Assembly (NCBI RefSeq): GCF_030028105.1
Contig: NC_092379.1
Location: 45,618,150 to 45,682,149 of the forward strand
From: Mobula birostris
Taxonomy: Eukaryota
Direction of reading: 5' to 3'
DNA length: 64,000 nucleotides
In this document: positions 1 to 14,085 of the stretch, in pieces
How positions within the stretch are numbered: the first letter of the stretch is position 1
Layout: every line of letters begins with the position of its first letter
Notes under the pieces: model-generated
Databases searched by the model: none
Seen by the model: only the letters and a program-made list of their open reading frames with translations
Told to the model about the DNA's origin: nothing
Made by a program: the position numbers and the translations under genes

Positions 1-2870
1 CTGTACTTAAATGCACGCAGCATAAGGAGTAAGGTGGATGATCTTGTCGTACAGCTACAGATTGGCAGATATGATATTGTGGCCATCACTGAGACCTGGC
101 TAAAGGATGCATGTCTCTGGGAGCTGAACGTCCAAGGATACACGGTGTATCGGAAGGATAGGAAGGTAGGCAGAGGGGGAGGCGTGGCTTTATTGGTAAG
201 AATTGATATTAAATTATTAGAAAGAGGATATAGGATCAGAAGTTGCAGAATCTTTATGGGTTGAGCTAAGAAATAGCAGGGGTAAAAGGACCCTGATGGC
301 AGTTATTTATAGGCCTCCAAACAGCTGCAGGGATGTGGACTACAAATTACAACTGGAAATAGAAAAGGCTTGTCAGAAGGGCAGTGTTATGATAATTGTG
401 GGGAATTTTAACATGCGTGTGGATTGGGAAAATCAGGTCGGCACTGGATCTCAAGAGAGAGAATTTGTAGAATGTCTGCGAGATGGCTTTTTAGAACAGC
501 TTGTTGTTGAGCCCACTAGGGGATCGGCTGTACTGGATTGGGTATTGTGTAATGAACCGGAGGTGATTAGAGAGATTGAGGTGAAGGAACACTTAGGAGG
601 CAGTGATCATAACATGATTGAGTTCACTGTGAAATTTGAAAAAGAGAAGCCGAAATCTGATGTGTCGGTATTTCAGTGGAGTAAAGGAAATTACAGCGGC
701 GTGAGAGAAGAACTGGCCAAAGTCGAATGGAAAGGGACACTGGTGGGAAAGACAGCAGAGCAGCAGTGACTGGAGTTTAGGCGAGAAATGAGGAAGGTGC
801 AAGACAGGTATATTCCAAAAAAGAAGAAATTTTCGAGTGGAAAAAGGATGCAACCGTGGTTGACAAGAGAAGTCAAAGCCAAAGTTAAAGCAAAGGAGAG
901 AGCATACGAGGAAGCAAAAATTTGTGGGAAGACAGAGGATTGGGAAGTTTTTAAAACCTTACAAAAGGAAACCAAGAAGATCATTAAGAGGGAAAAGATC
1001 AACTATGATATTATTTGCTAGCTTCCTTTCAAAGAGGATACTAAAAGCCTTTTCAAGTATATAAAGAGTGAAAGACAGATGAGAGTAGATATAGGACTGA
1101 TAGAAAATGATGCTGGAGAAATTGTAATGGGAGATAAGGAGATGGCAGAGGAAGTGAACGAGTATTTTGCATCAGTCTTCACTGAGGAGGACATCAGCAG
1201 TATACCGGATACTCAAGGGTGGCAGGGAAGAGAAGTGTGCGCAGTCACAATTACGACAGAGAAAGTACTCAGGAAGCTGAATAGTCTAATGGTAGATAAA
1301 TCTCCTGGACCAGGTGGAATGCACCCGCGTGTTCTGAAGGAAGTAGCTGTGGAGATTGCGGAGGCATTAGCGATGATCTTTCAAAAGTCAATAGATTCTG
1401 GCATGGTTCCAGAGGACTGGAAGATTGTAAATGTGACTCCGCTATTTAAGAAGGGGGCAAGGAAGCAAAAAGGAAATTATAGATCTGGTAGATTGACATT
1501 GGTGGTTGGGAAGTTGTTGGAGTCGATTGTCAAGGATGAGGTTACAGAGTACCTGGAGGCATATGACAAGATAGGCAGAACTCAGCATGGATTCCTTAAA
1601 GGAAAATGCTGCCTGACAAACCTATTACAATTTTTTGAGGAAATTACCAGTAGGCTACACAAGGGAGCTGCAGTGGATGTTGTATATTTGGATTTTCAGA
1701 AGGCATGACAAGGTGCCACACATGAGGCTACTTAACAAGATAAGAGCCCATGGAATTACGGGAAAGTTACATACGTGGATAGAGAGTTGGCTGATTGGCA
1801 GGAAACAGAGAGTGGGAATAAAGGGATCCTATTCTGGTTGGCTGCCGGTTACCAGTGGTGTTCCGCAGGGCTCCGTGTTGGGGCCGTTTCTTTTTACATT
1901 GTACATCAACGATTTGGATTATGGAATAGATGGCTTTGTGGCTGAGTTTGCTGATGATATGAAGATAGGTGGAGGGGCCGGTAGTGCTGAGAAAACGGAG
2001 AGTCTGCAGAGAGACTTGATAGATTGGAAGAATGGGCAGAGAAGTGGCAAATGAAGTATAATGTTGGAAAGTGTATGGTTATGCACTTCGGCAGAAAAAA
2101 TAAACGGGCAGACTATTATTTAAATGGGGATAGAATTCAAAGTTCTGAGATGCAACGGGACTTGGGAGTCCTCATACAGGATACCCTTAAAGTTAACCTC
2201 CAGGTTGAGTCAGTAGTGAAGAAGGCAATGTTGGCATTCATTTCTAGAGGAATAGAGTATAGGAGCAGGGATGTGATGTTGAGGCTTTATAAGACGCTGT
2301 TGAGACCTCACTTGGAGTACCGTGGGCAGTTTTGGGCTTCTTATTTAAGAAAGGACATGCTGACTTTGGAGAGGGTACAGAGAAGATTCACTAGAATGAT
2401 TCCGAGAATGAGAGGGTTAACATATGAGGAACGTTTGTCCGCTCTTGGACTGTATTCCTTGGAGTTTAGAAGAATGAGGGGAGACCTCATAGAAACATTT
2501 TGAATGTTGAAAGGCATGGGCAGAGTGGATGTGGCAAAGTTGTTTCCCATGATGGGGGAGGCTAGTACGAGAGGGCATTACTTAAGGATTGAAGGGCGCC
2601 CATTCAGAACAGAAATGCAAAGAAATTTTTTTAGTCAGAGGGTGGTGAATCTATGGAATTTGTTGCCATGGGCAGCAGTGGAGGCCAAGTCAGTGGGTGT
2701 ATTTAAGGCAGAGATTGATAGGTATCTGAGTAGCCAGGGCATCAAAGGTTATGGTGAGAAGGCGGGGGAGTGGGACTAAATGGGAGAATGGATCAGCTCA
2801 GAATAAAATGACGGAGCAGACTCGATGGGCCAAATGGCTGACTTCTGCTCCTTTGTCTTATGGTCTATAA
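1..2870 (+). mobile_element. CR1-type LINE, ORF2 (APE endonuclease + reverse transcriptase) and 3' end; disrupted by stops/frameshifts; 5' part runs off the window
   Basis: Consecutive ORF pieces with endonuclease motifs (IVAITETWL, VIYRPP, IVGNFN, SDHN) and RT motifs (QHGFLKG, VYLDFQKA, SGVPQGSVLGP, FADDMK), followed by the CR1 C-terminus LERVQRRFTRMI...RRMRGDLIE. Confidence 0.93.
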
Positions 2871-2874
2871 TCTA

Positions 2875-2876
<2 letters not shown>

Positions 2877-2904
<28 letters not shown>
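2877..2904. repeat. (AG)14 microsatellite
   Basis: Read directly; abuts the CR1 3' end. Confidence 0.95.
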
Positions 2905-2909
<5 letters not shown>

Positions 2910-4080
2910 TAATAATAAATAAACAAATAAATCAATTACGTATGTTGAATAGATTACTAAAAAAACTGCAAAAAACAGAAATACTGTATATTAAAAATAG
3001 TGAGGTAGTGTCCAAAGCTCCAAAGTCCATTTAGTAAACGGATGGCAGAGGGCACAAAGCTGTTCATGAAACACTGAGTGTGTGCCTTCGGGCTTCTGCA
3101 TCTCCTACCTGATGGTAACAGTGAGAAAAGGGCATGCCCTGGGTGTTGGAGGTCTTTCGTAATGGACGCTACCTTTCTGAGACACCACTCCCTAAAGATA
3201 TTTTGGGTATTTTGTGGGCTGGTGCCCAAGATGGAGCTGACTAGATTTATAACCTTCTGCAGCTTCCTTTGGTCCTGTGCAGTAGCCCCTCCATACCAGA
3301 CAGTGATGCAGCCTGTCTGAATGCTGTCCATGGTACAACTACAGAAGTTTTTGAGTGTATTTGTTGACATGCCAAATCGCTTCAAACTTCTAACAAAGTA
3401 TAGCCCCTGTCTTGCCTTTTTTATGACTGCATCAACGTGTTGGGCCCAGGTTAGATCCTCATAGATCTTGACACCCAGGAACTTGAAGATGCACACTCTC
3501 TCCACTTCTGATCACTCTATGAGGATTGGTATGTGTTCCTTTGTCTTACCCTTCCTGAAGTCCACAATCAGCTCTTTCGTCTTACTGATGTTGAATGCCA
3601 GGTTGTTCCTGCAGCACCATTCCACTAGTTGGCATATCTCACTCCTGTATGCCCTCTCGTCACCACCTGAAATTCTACCAACAATGGTTGTATAGTCAGC
3701 AAATTTGTAGATGATATTTGAGCTATGCCTAGCGACACAATCACATGTATACAGACAGTAGAGCAGTGGGATAAGAACACACCCCTGAGGTGCGCCAGTG
3801 TTGATCATCAGTGAGGAGGATATGTTATCATCAATCCACACAGATTGTAGTCATCTAGTTAGGAAGTCAACGATACAATTACAGAGGGAGGTACAGAGGC
3901 CTAGGTTCCTGCAACTTCTCAATCAGGATTGTGGGAATGATGGGATTAAATGCTGAGCTATAGTCGACGAACAGCATCCTGATGTAGGTGTCTGTGTTGT
4001 CTGGGTGGTCTAAAGCTGTGTGAAGAGCCATGGAGAATGCATCTGCTATTGACCTATTGTGACTATAGGCAAATTCCAAT
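2905..4080 (-). mobile_element. Rex1/Babar-type LINE, 3' RT and C-terminal region (degenerate)
   Basis: Minus ORFs with MLFVDYSSAFNPIIP, NTGAPQGCVLIPLLY, YKFADYTTIVG, KARQGLYFVRSLKRFG, HPGHALFSLLPSGRR. Confidence 0.88.
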
Positions 4081-4689
4081 GGGCCCAGGTCCTTTTGGTA
4101 TGCATTTTCTATCTCCATTTGTAATTTAGAGACCACATCTTTCCTACTGTTTGGGAGCCTGAATATAACTCTCACCAGGGTAATTTTCTTTATCTTTGCA
4201 GTTCTTTAGTTCTACTCACAACAATTTAATACCTTCTGACCTGATGTAACCTCTTTCTAAAGATTTGGTTTCATTTTTTACCAACCCTCTCTGCCTACCT
4301 GCCTGTTATTAAGAGACAATGTGTGTCCTTGCAGGTTAAGCTCCCAGTTATAATCTTCTTTCAACCATGATCCAGTGACACCCACAACATCATATTTCCT
4401 AACCTGTAACTGTGTACAAATTCACTTGCCTTATTCTGTTTGCAGCACACATTCAAATATTACACCTTCAGCCCAGTATTCATGTTTTTTTGATTTTGTC
4501 CATCTTTTACATTTCAATTCATCTAGTCAACTCAAATTTGCCAAATCATCAGTTTTCCCTTGCTAGTAGTCTCACTACACACTGCCTACCAACTACCTCA
4601 TCTTCAATACTATCACTCTATTTCCTATGGCGCTGCCAAACTAATTTAAACCCTCCTGAACGGCTCTAAGAAAACCATCCCACAAGGAT

Positions 4690-6080
4690 ATAGGTTTCCC
4701 TTGGGTCCAGGTGAAACCCATCCCTTTTCTACAGGCTGTACATTCCCCAGAAAATATCCCAATGATCCAAAAATCTGAATCCCCGCCCCCTGCACCAGTT
4801 CCTCAGTCATGCATTCATCTGCTAAGTCATCCTAATCCTACCCTCACTGGTACATGGCATAGGCAGCAACCCAGATATTACATGTGGCCTCCTGGTAAGC
4901 CTAATACTCGCTCAGTTCACTTTTGTCAAATAACAGACAGTACACCATATGCGATTAAATGATTACACTTTATAAGTATTTCTTGGTGATGGGTTAGTAG
5001 AAACAAATACAATAAAGGTGCCAAGTCAGTAACTCTATCAGCTCTGTGCACAGATAATTCGTTGGAGCTCTTACAGAACCAGGTCTCCCTTTCCTCCAGT
5101 TGATGTCCTCCGAGCTCTGCCGACCTCGAATAGGACCACCCTTGGTGGTCGACCAGATGCTCTACACGAGCCTGTCCTCATCTTCTCTCCTCGCTGAAGA
5201 CCATGGGCCTCGGACTCCCGGTCGGTGTCCATTCCGTCGCCCAGCTTACAGCATCGCGTCTCCTCTCTCTGTCCCCATCGAGCCTTCTGCCCAAAGCCCA
5301 CGAAAACAATAGCTTACAGACACACAAGAAAGAATAACATCTCTCCCAATTGGTTAGCAAATGAATACAATTCTCATTACAGTAACTATAACCCAAACAC
5401 GCTCTACCGTTAACTCAGCAGTTAATATTACAGAGAAGCCATTTTATTAGCCTTAGCAGTAACATAAAAGAAGAAACCCCTTACATAAAAACTGAAGATC
5501 TTTACTTTCCCCTTCTACCTACCTTCCTAAAATCTTTCTTCAGGACCTCATTACCATTCCTACCTATGTCATTGGTGTCAATGTATACCCAAGTCTTCTG
5601 GCTACCCCCAATTCGAGACACCCTGGAGCCTGGCACTTGTGAGACAACTTACCATCCAGGTGTCTATCACGTTCACAGAATCTCATCTCTGCTTGCCTAA
5701 GAGTGGTATCTACTATCAACACAGAAGTCCTCTTCACCTCTCTTCTGAGCCCACAGCACCCAGAGCCATGATCACTGCAGCTCCCCCAGGCAGGTCATCA
5801 CGCTCAAGAGTTTCCAAAGTGAATTCATTATTGAGGGATATGGCCAAAGTTGTACTCTGTACTGATCGCCCATTTCCATTTCTTCTCCTGATAGTCACCC
5901 ACTTATCAGACCTGCCTCCTGCATCCTAGGGGTAATTAACTACCTGTAGCTCTTATCTATCACCTCCTCATTTTCCGTATGAGCCAAAGGTCACCAAGCT
6001 GCAGCTCCAGTTCCTTAATATGTTCCCTGAGGAGCTGACGCTCAGTGAGCCTGCTGAAATGTGGTTATTTTTGAGGCTGG
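4690..6080 (-). mobile_element. Scattered, decayed CR1 ORF1 (esterase-region) fragments
   Basis: Stretches at about 4.7-4.9 kb and 5.5-6.08 kb resemble the ORF1 region of the element at 14.1-15.0 kb. Confidence 0.55.
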
Positions 6081-6454
6081 AGGTCTCCTAAAATTCCCAC
6101 ATTCCGCACACAAAACAAAACATGACTGCTAGAGGCATTCTCACTGCACTAACTGTGACCTAACAGGCAAAGAATGAAGAACTAAGAAGAAATAGAGAAC
6201 CGTACATCACCCAAGCCTGATAAGGCAAAGGCACTCCAAACACTGGTCCACTCACAACAAAGATACCTCCGCTTGTGCCTGCATTACTTTTATTTGCCCT
6301 TTCTAAAGAGTCCTGCCCAGTGATTGGTCACAGTCCAACTCCAAAAAACTGCCACAAAGTTCTGTCTTTTTAATCCTCAGTGTAAACCTTAGTGAAAAGG
6401 TAACGCTCTTCTCATGCTCCCGTGTAGTGATCAGTCACTGTCCAATTCATTGAA

Positions 6455-6800
6455 ACCTATCGAATGTTGAAAGGCCTTGATAGATTGGAAGTGGAGAGGA
6501 CGTTTCCTATGGTGGGAGAGTCTGAGACCAGAGGACACTGCCTCAGAACAGTAGACCGTCCTTTTAGAATGGAGTTGAGAAAGAATTTCTTTAGCCAGAG
6601 TGTGACAAATCTGTGGAATTCATTACCAAAGGTGGCTATAGAGATCAAGTTATTGGTTATATTTAAGGCAGAGGTTAAGATATTCTTGATTAGTGAGGGC
6701 ATAAAGGGATACTGGGGAATGGTGGAGATGGGGGCTGAGAGCTGGAGCGGACTTGATGGGCCAAATGGACTAATTCTGCTCCTATATCTTACCGGCTTAT
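6455..6800 (+). mobile_element. CR1 3' end fragment
   Basis: MLKGLDRLEVERTFPMVGESETRGH...FFSQSVTNLWNSLP plus a CR1-like 3' UTR. Confidence 0.85.
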
Positions 6801-7214
6801 GCTCATATCTTCCCGCTTACTCGTGTCACTGAATCAGCATTCACAATAACTGTCTAATAGAGGGCATTGCCTGGAGTGGTAATATTGCCATATGATCTTA
6901 CACTTATCTCACTGTTGGTGATGAATTTTCTAAAATATAGTTAGGAAGAAGACTCCAATAAAGTTACATCACCTACAACTTTTCTGCTCATTGCCTTTAT
7001 CCAGAGGCAGAATAACAGGTTGCCATACGCCAGATGGGCCAAAGGACCTGTTTCTGTGCTGTAGTGTTCTATAACTCTATCACCTTATTTTACTGTCATC
7101 TGTGAACTAACTAACAGCTATATCAAAGATTACCAGTCAGGGTTATACAGACTTGACTAAAACAGCTCTAGATGAGAGTGTTCCCATGAAATTGTTCAGA
7201 GTCTTCTCCATTTA

Positions 7215-8240
7215 GAAGCCCTGGATGAACCATGAAATCCAAAATTTGCTGAGGGCCAGATCAGAGGCATTCAAGTCAGGAAACCAAGAACGCTACACGA
7301 AGTGCAGGTATAATCTGTGGAAAGCCATCGTAGGGGTGAAGAGGGGATTCTGGACCAACCTGGAAACAATGAAGGATGCTCGACAAATGTGGCAGGCTTT
7401 GAATGTTGTAATCTTCTACAAAGTTAAATCAAGTGACGTGGGGGACAGCAGGGGTTTGCTTCCAGATGAGCTCAATCCCTTCTATGCACATTTTGATCAT
7501 CAGAACAAGGAGGAACAATTGCATACCCCCACATCTCCTGATGATCCTTTGGTCACAGCTTCTGAAAATAATGTGTGGGCTGCCGTCAGGAGGGTGAATT
7601 CATTGAAAGCATTCGAGTTCTATGACCTGTGCTGACCAACTGGCCGGTGTGTTCAATGATATCTTTGGCCTCTCACTTTGGTAGTGTGTGGTACCCACCT
7701 GCTTGAAGCAGGCTTCAATCATACCAGTGCCCAAGAAGAGCCTGGTAACCCTCCTCAATGACTGTTGCCCAGTTGCACTTACATCCATGGTGATTATTTG
7801 TTTTGAGAGGCTGGTGATGAAACATATCAGCTCCTACCTGATTGGCGACGAATCCACTCCAATTTGTGTACCGGACCAATAGGTCCACAGCAGATGCCAT
7901 CTCATTGGCTCTTCACATAACCCTGGAACATCTGGACAACAAAGATGCATCCACCAGAATGTTACTTATTGATTACAGATCAGCTTTTATTACCATCACC
8001 CCTCAAAACTAAAGAATAAACTCAAAGACCTAGGCCACAATACCTACTTGTGCAATTGGATCCTGGGTTCCCTCACTTGCAGACCCCAGTCAGTTCAGGT
8101 TGACAAAAACATCTCCTCCATGATCTCCATCAGTATAGATGCACCACATGGCTGTGTGCTTAGCCCCGCACTCTACTTGCTTTACACCTGACTGTTTGGC
8201 TAATCACAGCTCAAAAAACATATTCAAATGTTCCAGTGAC
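7215..8240 (+). mobile_element. Rex1/Babar-type LINE RT fragment
   Basis: [45 protein letters not shown]. Confidence 0.82.
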
Positions 8241-8279
8241 AGCTCTGGGCTTCAATTACCTGTTGATGTGAACATTTAA

Positions 8280-8960
8280 GAGCTTGTGTTAGTGTTATAT
8301 CACAGTTCACTCGTAGTATGGATGCCCATCTGTTTAATTAGGGGGATCAAAAAGGTGAGGAAAGAGTACCAGGTCGAGACAACAGAGACTTATGGAGAAG
8401 AGAAGTTTGGTGGGTAATAAAATGGACGAGTTGACGGCGCTAGACAGGAGTCAGAGAACATTTCAGGAGAGCAGTGTTATGTGTTTTACTGAAACATACC
8501 CAACCAAAACTTTTCCATGGAGGGCCTCCAGACCGTTCATGCTGACCAGAAGTGCACCGAGAGCGGTAATCGTAAAGGAGTTGGGGGCTTGCTGTTCTGG
8601 TTAACATCGCATGGTGCAATCCTGGTCATATTACGATCGAGGAATGCGTTTGTAGACCGGATATTGAACTTTTTGCTGTTGGACTCCGGCCATGTTCCAC
8701 CGAGATACAACACTGGGCGTCATAGGAGCTTGTTCCTGCCTGTGGCCATCGAACTTGCAGCTCCTCCCATGAAGGGTCAGACACCCTGAGCCAATAGGCT
8801 GGTCCTCGACTTATTTCAAGCTGACATAGTTTGCATGTTGTTGTTTGATTGTTTGTGATTTTTGTATTGCTATATTTATGCTCTATTCTTGGTTGGTGCA
8901 GCTGTAACGAAACCTAATTTCCCTTGGGATCAATAAAGTATGTCTATCTATCTATCTATC
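8280..8960 (+). mobile_element. Short Rex1/Babar-type element joining endonuclease N-terminus directly to the 3' end (internal deletion)
   Basis: SLVGNKMDEL...SSVMCFTET, followed within about 300 bp by the terminal motif YNTGRHRSLFLPVAI, then AATAAA and a (CTAT)n tail. Confidence 0.65.
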
Positions 8961-9843
8961 TAATTAAAAAAAAAGATAGATGACTAGCAAGCACATGGCA
9001 CCTCCCAAAACTATTTCATGTACAGATAAGCCTGTTATGTATTTTGAAGTGCAGCACATTGGCATAAAGGCTACGGGAAGCACCTCTGACCGCTTCAGCT
9101 CAGTCTCATCAGACAATTTAGTAAACCTGCATTTCATGACCCATTCAGTCTTTTAGCTGCTCCGTAAGTTCTAAGGGTGGTAGGGGCTGGTGAAATTATT
9201 CTTACACTACAAGGCTTTCAGCATCTCAAATAAGTTTACACATAAGGTGAGGACAGTTGTCACTTAAAATTTTCTTGGGGATACAAAACCAAGGAATAAA
9301 TTCTCATAACAAAAATTATCACCAGTTATGCCATAATTTCTCTGAGTTGGAAAAGCTTTTAACTATGAAGATAACCAAGCATAATAACAAGTGTATTGTA
9401 GGTTTCACAACTAAAAACAGAGTTACTTTATGTTTAAGAAAAGCCATAGCAACTCTTTCATTGTACTCCAAACACTGAACACAGTGCAGCAAAAACTTAA
9501 TGTGACGACACCATCCCTTAATGTGAAGCCCCAACTCAATGCAAGTCGTTCCAAATTATGTATACTTCCACATTTATGTTACCCTACACAGGTGACCCCC
9601 CCCACCCCCACCGCAGAATTCACTGAAACCAGCATTGTGTGTCAGTCTGGTGCTCGGGCAAGCTGCCTGGCTTGGGTCCTGTGTTCCATGCGTGGAGTAA
9701 CAGAAGCTGCCTCTGGCTTGTCCAGAGGTGCATTGACATGCTCATCGTCATGTAGTGACAACAGGGGCATGGTAGCAGAATCCTCCAAATTTTGTTGGCC
9801 TGGTTTAAGACAATCTACCAAAATATGTTCATGTTTACTCCTC

Positions 9844-10360
9844 TTATCTATTCTCTCTGTTTTCTCCCTGTTTCAAAATGCAGAACAGACCATCGTAAGG
9901 GGTCCTAAGGGGTTGTTGGCATGCATTATGCCAGACAAAAGCAAGCAAGGTGGAATGTAGGTCAACAGGAACCCAAGAGTGCTGTACGCCGTGATGGGAG
10001 ATAGGAATATGTGAAAAGGAATTGAATTTAATAAGTTGGGTAGAATGTTGTTGAGATGCCAAGATAGTCATGGCATCAGGAATGAAATCACCTGGCACTT
10101 GTAATGGCTGCCCAAATACTAACTCAACCGCGGATGACTGGAGGTTCTTTTTTGGAACTGTTCTGAGCTCCAGCAGGACCCACAGGAGACAATCATGCTG
10201 ACACTCATCAGTCAGGGAAGCCCTCAGAGCAGCCTTAAAGTAGTCGTGAAACCACTTGCATAGGCCATTGGACTGTGGGTGATGTGCTGCAGAGTGTTGT
10301 AGCCTAATTCCAAGGTTCTGGACCATGGCAGCCCGGAGAGAAAGAGTGCCTGACACCTCC
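9844..10360 (-). mobile_element. Ty3/Gypsy integrase fragment
   Basis: HSAAHHPQSNGLCKWFH, WVLLELRTVPK, SAVELVFGQPLQVPGDF (degenerate TTAYHPQSNGLVERFH...LRLPGEF). Confidence 0.82.
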
Positions 10361-11164
10361 ACACCTCCACCCATAATTGTATTAGTTCATGAAAAGAAAT
10401 TGTAAGTATTGGCAGCCTGATCACACCAGAATGTGACCTGGGCTTAAAGATCTGCCTTCGCCTTAGTAAAGTAGCTATCTCTTTTATTCCCTTTAGTTAT
10501 TTCATCCACCCAGTTAGTAATTGGACTGTGTTTAATTGGAGCTCTGGAGGTGGGAAACCCATGTAGATTCCATAATTACCCTTTATCATGAACTACTCCA
10601 AAGGCATACTGAAATTCAGCGCACCGGCTGCAAAGATGCAGGCTTTTGTTTAGGCAAAAAGGTTTCATCTGCTTGAGCAAACAGGAGTGAAGGTAACTGT
10701 GCTACTTAAGATATTATATGATGTCCACTAGAAGCTTTCACTGTTTTTCACTATCATATCGGGAAGAAAAACCATCAAAGAAAAAAATTACAGGCAGGCT
10801 TTGTCAGGTGGCATTTCACAACGGTCAGAATTAAAATAATATAAAATCTTAAGTACAGTTCGGGAATGGATATTTAAAGTAAATACAGAAATGTTACAAC
10901 TACCCATTTACCTCCTCCCTTATCTCCATTCATGGCCCCAAACAGTCCTTCCAGGTGAGGCAACATTTCACCTAACGAATTTGTTGTGGCCTGCGCTGAT
11001 GAGGCCGAACGTAAATTGGTGGACCAGTTTTTTGATCACCTGCACTCCATCAGCCAAAAGCAGAATTTACCAGTGGAAACATAGTAACCATAGAAAAACT
11101 AAAGCACAGAAACAGGCCTTTTGGCCCTTCTTGGCTGTGCCGAACCATTTTCTGCCTAGTCACA

Positions 11165-14083
11165 CTAACCTGCACACGGACCATATCCCTCCATACACCT
11201 CCCGTCCTTGTATCTGTCCAATTTATTCTTAAATGTTAAAAAAGAACTCACATTTACCACTTCGCCTGGCAGCTCATTCCATACTCTCACCACTGTCTGT
11301 GTGAAGAAGCTCCCCCCAATGTTCCCTTTAAACTTTTCCCCCCTCACCCTTAACCCATGTCCTCTGGTTTTTTTTCTCCCCTTGCCTCAGTGGAAAAAGC
11401 CTGCTTGCATTCACTCTATCTATACCCATCATAATTTTATATACCGCTATCAAATCTCCCCTCATTCTTCTACGCTCCAGGGAATAAAGTCCTAACCTAT
11501 TCAACCTTTCTCTGTAACTGAGTTTCTCAAGTCCCAGCAACATCCTTGTAAACCTTCTCTGCACTCTTTCAACCTTACTTATATCCTTCCTGTAATTTGG
11601 TGACCAAAAGTGAACACAATACTCCAGATTCGGCCTCACCAATGCCTTATACAACCTCACCATAACATTCCAGCTCTTATACTCAATACTTTGATTCATA
11701 AAGGCAAATGTACCAAAAGCTCTCTTTATGACCCTATCTACCTGTGACGCCACTTTCAGGGAATTTTGTATCTGTATTCCCAGATCCCTCTGTTCTACTG
11801 CACTCCTTAGTGCCTTACCATTAACCCTGTATGTTCTACCTTGGTTTGTCCTTCCAACGTGCAATACCTCACACTTGTCAGTATTAAGCTCCATCTGCCA
11901 TTTTTCAGCCCATTTTTCCAGCTGGTCCAAGTCCTTCTGCAGGCTCTGAAAACCTTCCTCACTGTCTACTACACCTCTAATCTTTGTATCATCAGCAAAT
12001 TTGCTGATCCCATTTACCGCATTATCATCCAGATCATTGATATCGATGACAAATAACAATGGACCCAGCACTGATCCCTGTGGCACACCACTAGTCACAG
12101 GCCTCCACTCGGAGAAGCAATTCTCTACTACCACTCTTTGGCTTCTTCCATTGAGCCAATGTCTTATCCAATTTACCACCTCTCCATTTATACCTAGCGA
12201 ATGAATATTCCTAACTAACCTCCCAAGTGTGACCTTGTCAAAGGCCTTACTGAAGTCCATGTAGACAATATCCACTGCCTTCCCTTCATCTACTTTCCTG
12301 GTAACCTCCTGGAAAAACTCCAATAGATTGTTCAAACATGACCTACTGCGCACAAAGCCATGTTGACTCTCCCTAATAAGTCCCTGTCTATTCAAATGCT
12401 TGTAGATTCTGTCTCTTAGTACTCCCTCTAATAACTTACCTACAATCGACGTCAAACTTACTGGCCTATAATTTCCTGGATTACTTTTTGATCCTTTTTT
12501 AAAGAAAGGAACATCATGAGCCACTCTCCAATCCTCCGGCACCTCACCTGTAGACAGCGACATTTTAAATATTTCTGCCAGGGCCCCTGAAATTTCACAC
12601 TAGTCTCCTTCAAGTTCCGAGGGAACAACCTGTCAGGTCCCGGGGATTTATCCACTTTAATTTTCCTCAAGACAGCAAGCACCTCCTCCTTTTCAATCTG
12701 TACAGTTTCCATGACATCACGACTTGTTTCCCCTAATTCCACAGACTTTATGCCAGTTTCCTTAGTAAATACAGACACAAAAAAACTATTTAAGATCTCC
12801 CCCATTTCCTTTGTTTCCGCACATAGCCGACCACTTTGATCTTCAAGAGGACCAATTTTATCCCTTACAATCCTTTTGCTCTTAATATACCTGTAAAAGC
12901 TCTTTGCATTATCCTTCACTTTGACTGCCAAGGCAACCTCATGTCTTCTTTTAGCCCTCCTGATTACTCTCTTGTGTATTTTCTTGCACTTCTTATACTC
13001 CTCAAGCACCTTATTTACTCCCTGTTTCCTATACATGTCATACAACTTGCTCTTCTTCTTTATCAGAGTTGCAATGTCCCTTGAGAGCCAAGTTTCCTTA
13101 TTCCTATTCACTTTGCCTTTAATCCTGACAGGAACATACAAACTCTGTACTCTCAAAATTTCTCCTTTGAAGGCTTCCCACCTATCGATCACACCTTTGC
13201 CAGAGAACAACCTGTCCCAATCCACGCTTTTTAGATCCTTTCTCATTTCTTCAAATTTGGCCTTCTTCCAGTTCAGAACTCCAACCCGAGGACCAGATCT
13301 ATCCTTGTCCATGATCAAGTTGAAACTAATGGTGTTATGATCACTGGAACCAAAGTGCTCCCCTACACAGACTTCCGTCACTTGTCCTAACTCGTTTCCT
13401 AACAGGAGATCCAATATTGCACCCCCTCTAGTTGGTCCCTCTATATATTGATTTAGAAAACTTTCCTGAACACATTTGACAAACTCTAAACCATCTAGAC
13501 CCCCAACAGTATGGGAGTCCCAATCAATATATGGAATATTAAAATCCCCTACCACCACAACTTTATGTTTCCTGCAGTTGCCTGCTATATCTCTGCAGAT
13601 TTACTCTTCCAATTCTTGTTAACTATTGGGTGGTCTGTAATACAATGCCACTAATGTGGCCATACCTTTCCTGTTTCTCAGCTCCACCCATAAGGACTCA
13701 GTAGACAAGCCCTCTAATCTGTCCTGCCTGAGCACTGCTGTAATATTTTCCCTAACAAGCAATGCTACTCCCCCACCTTTCATTCCTCTGCCTCGATCAC
13801 ATCTGAAACATCGGAACCCTGGAATGTTAAGCTGCCAGTCCTGCCCCTCCTGTAGCCAAGTTTCATTAATTGCTATAACGTCATAATTTCACGTGTCAAT
13901 CCATGCCCTCAACTCATCCGCCTTCCCCGCAATACTCCTAGCATTGAAATATATACACCTCAGAAGATTTTTACAACCACTCACAACCTTTCTATTAGTG
14001 GATTTGCTTGAACTTTTAACATCATTTATTTTCGCCCCAGCCACACTGTCAGCTCTGGCACTCTGGTTCCCATCACCCTGCAA
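11165..14083 (-). pseudogene. CR1 ORF2 (endonuclease-RT) broken into several reading-frame pieces
   Basis: YFNARSI, VVGDFN, GSSDHN, NYRPVSLTS, YMDFSKAFDKV, GVPQGSVLGP, FADDTK. Confidence 0.9.
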
Positions 14084-14085
14084 AT

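Noticed and set aside
5075-5480. GC-richer block that might be a solo LTR
   Set aside because: No clear TG...CA termini, TSD or second copy found in the window
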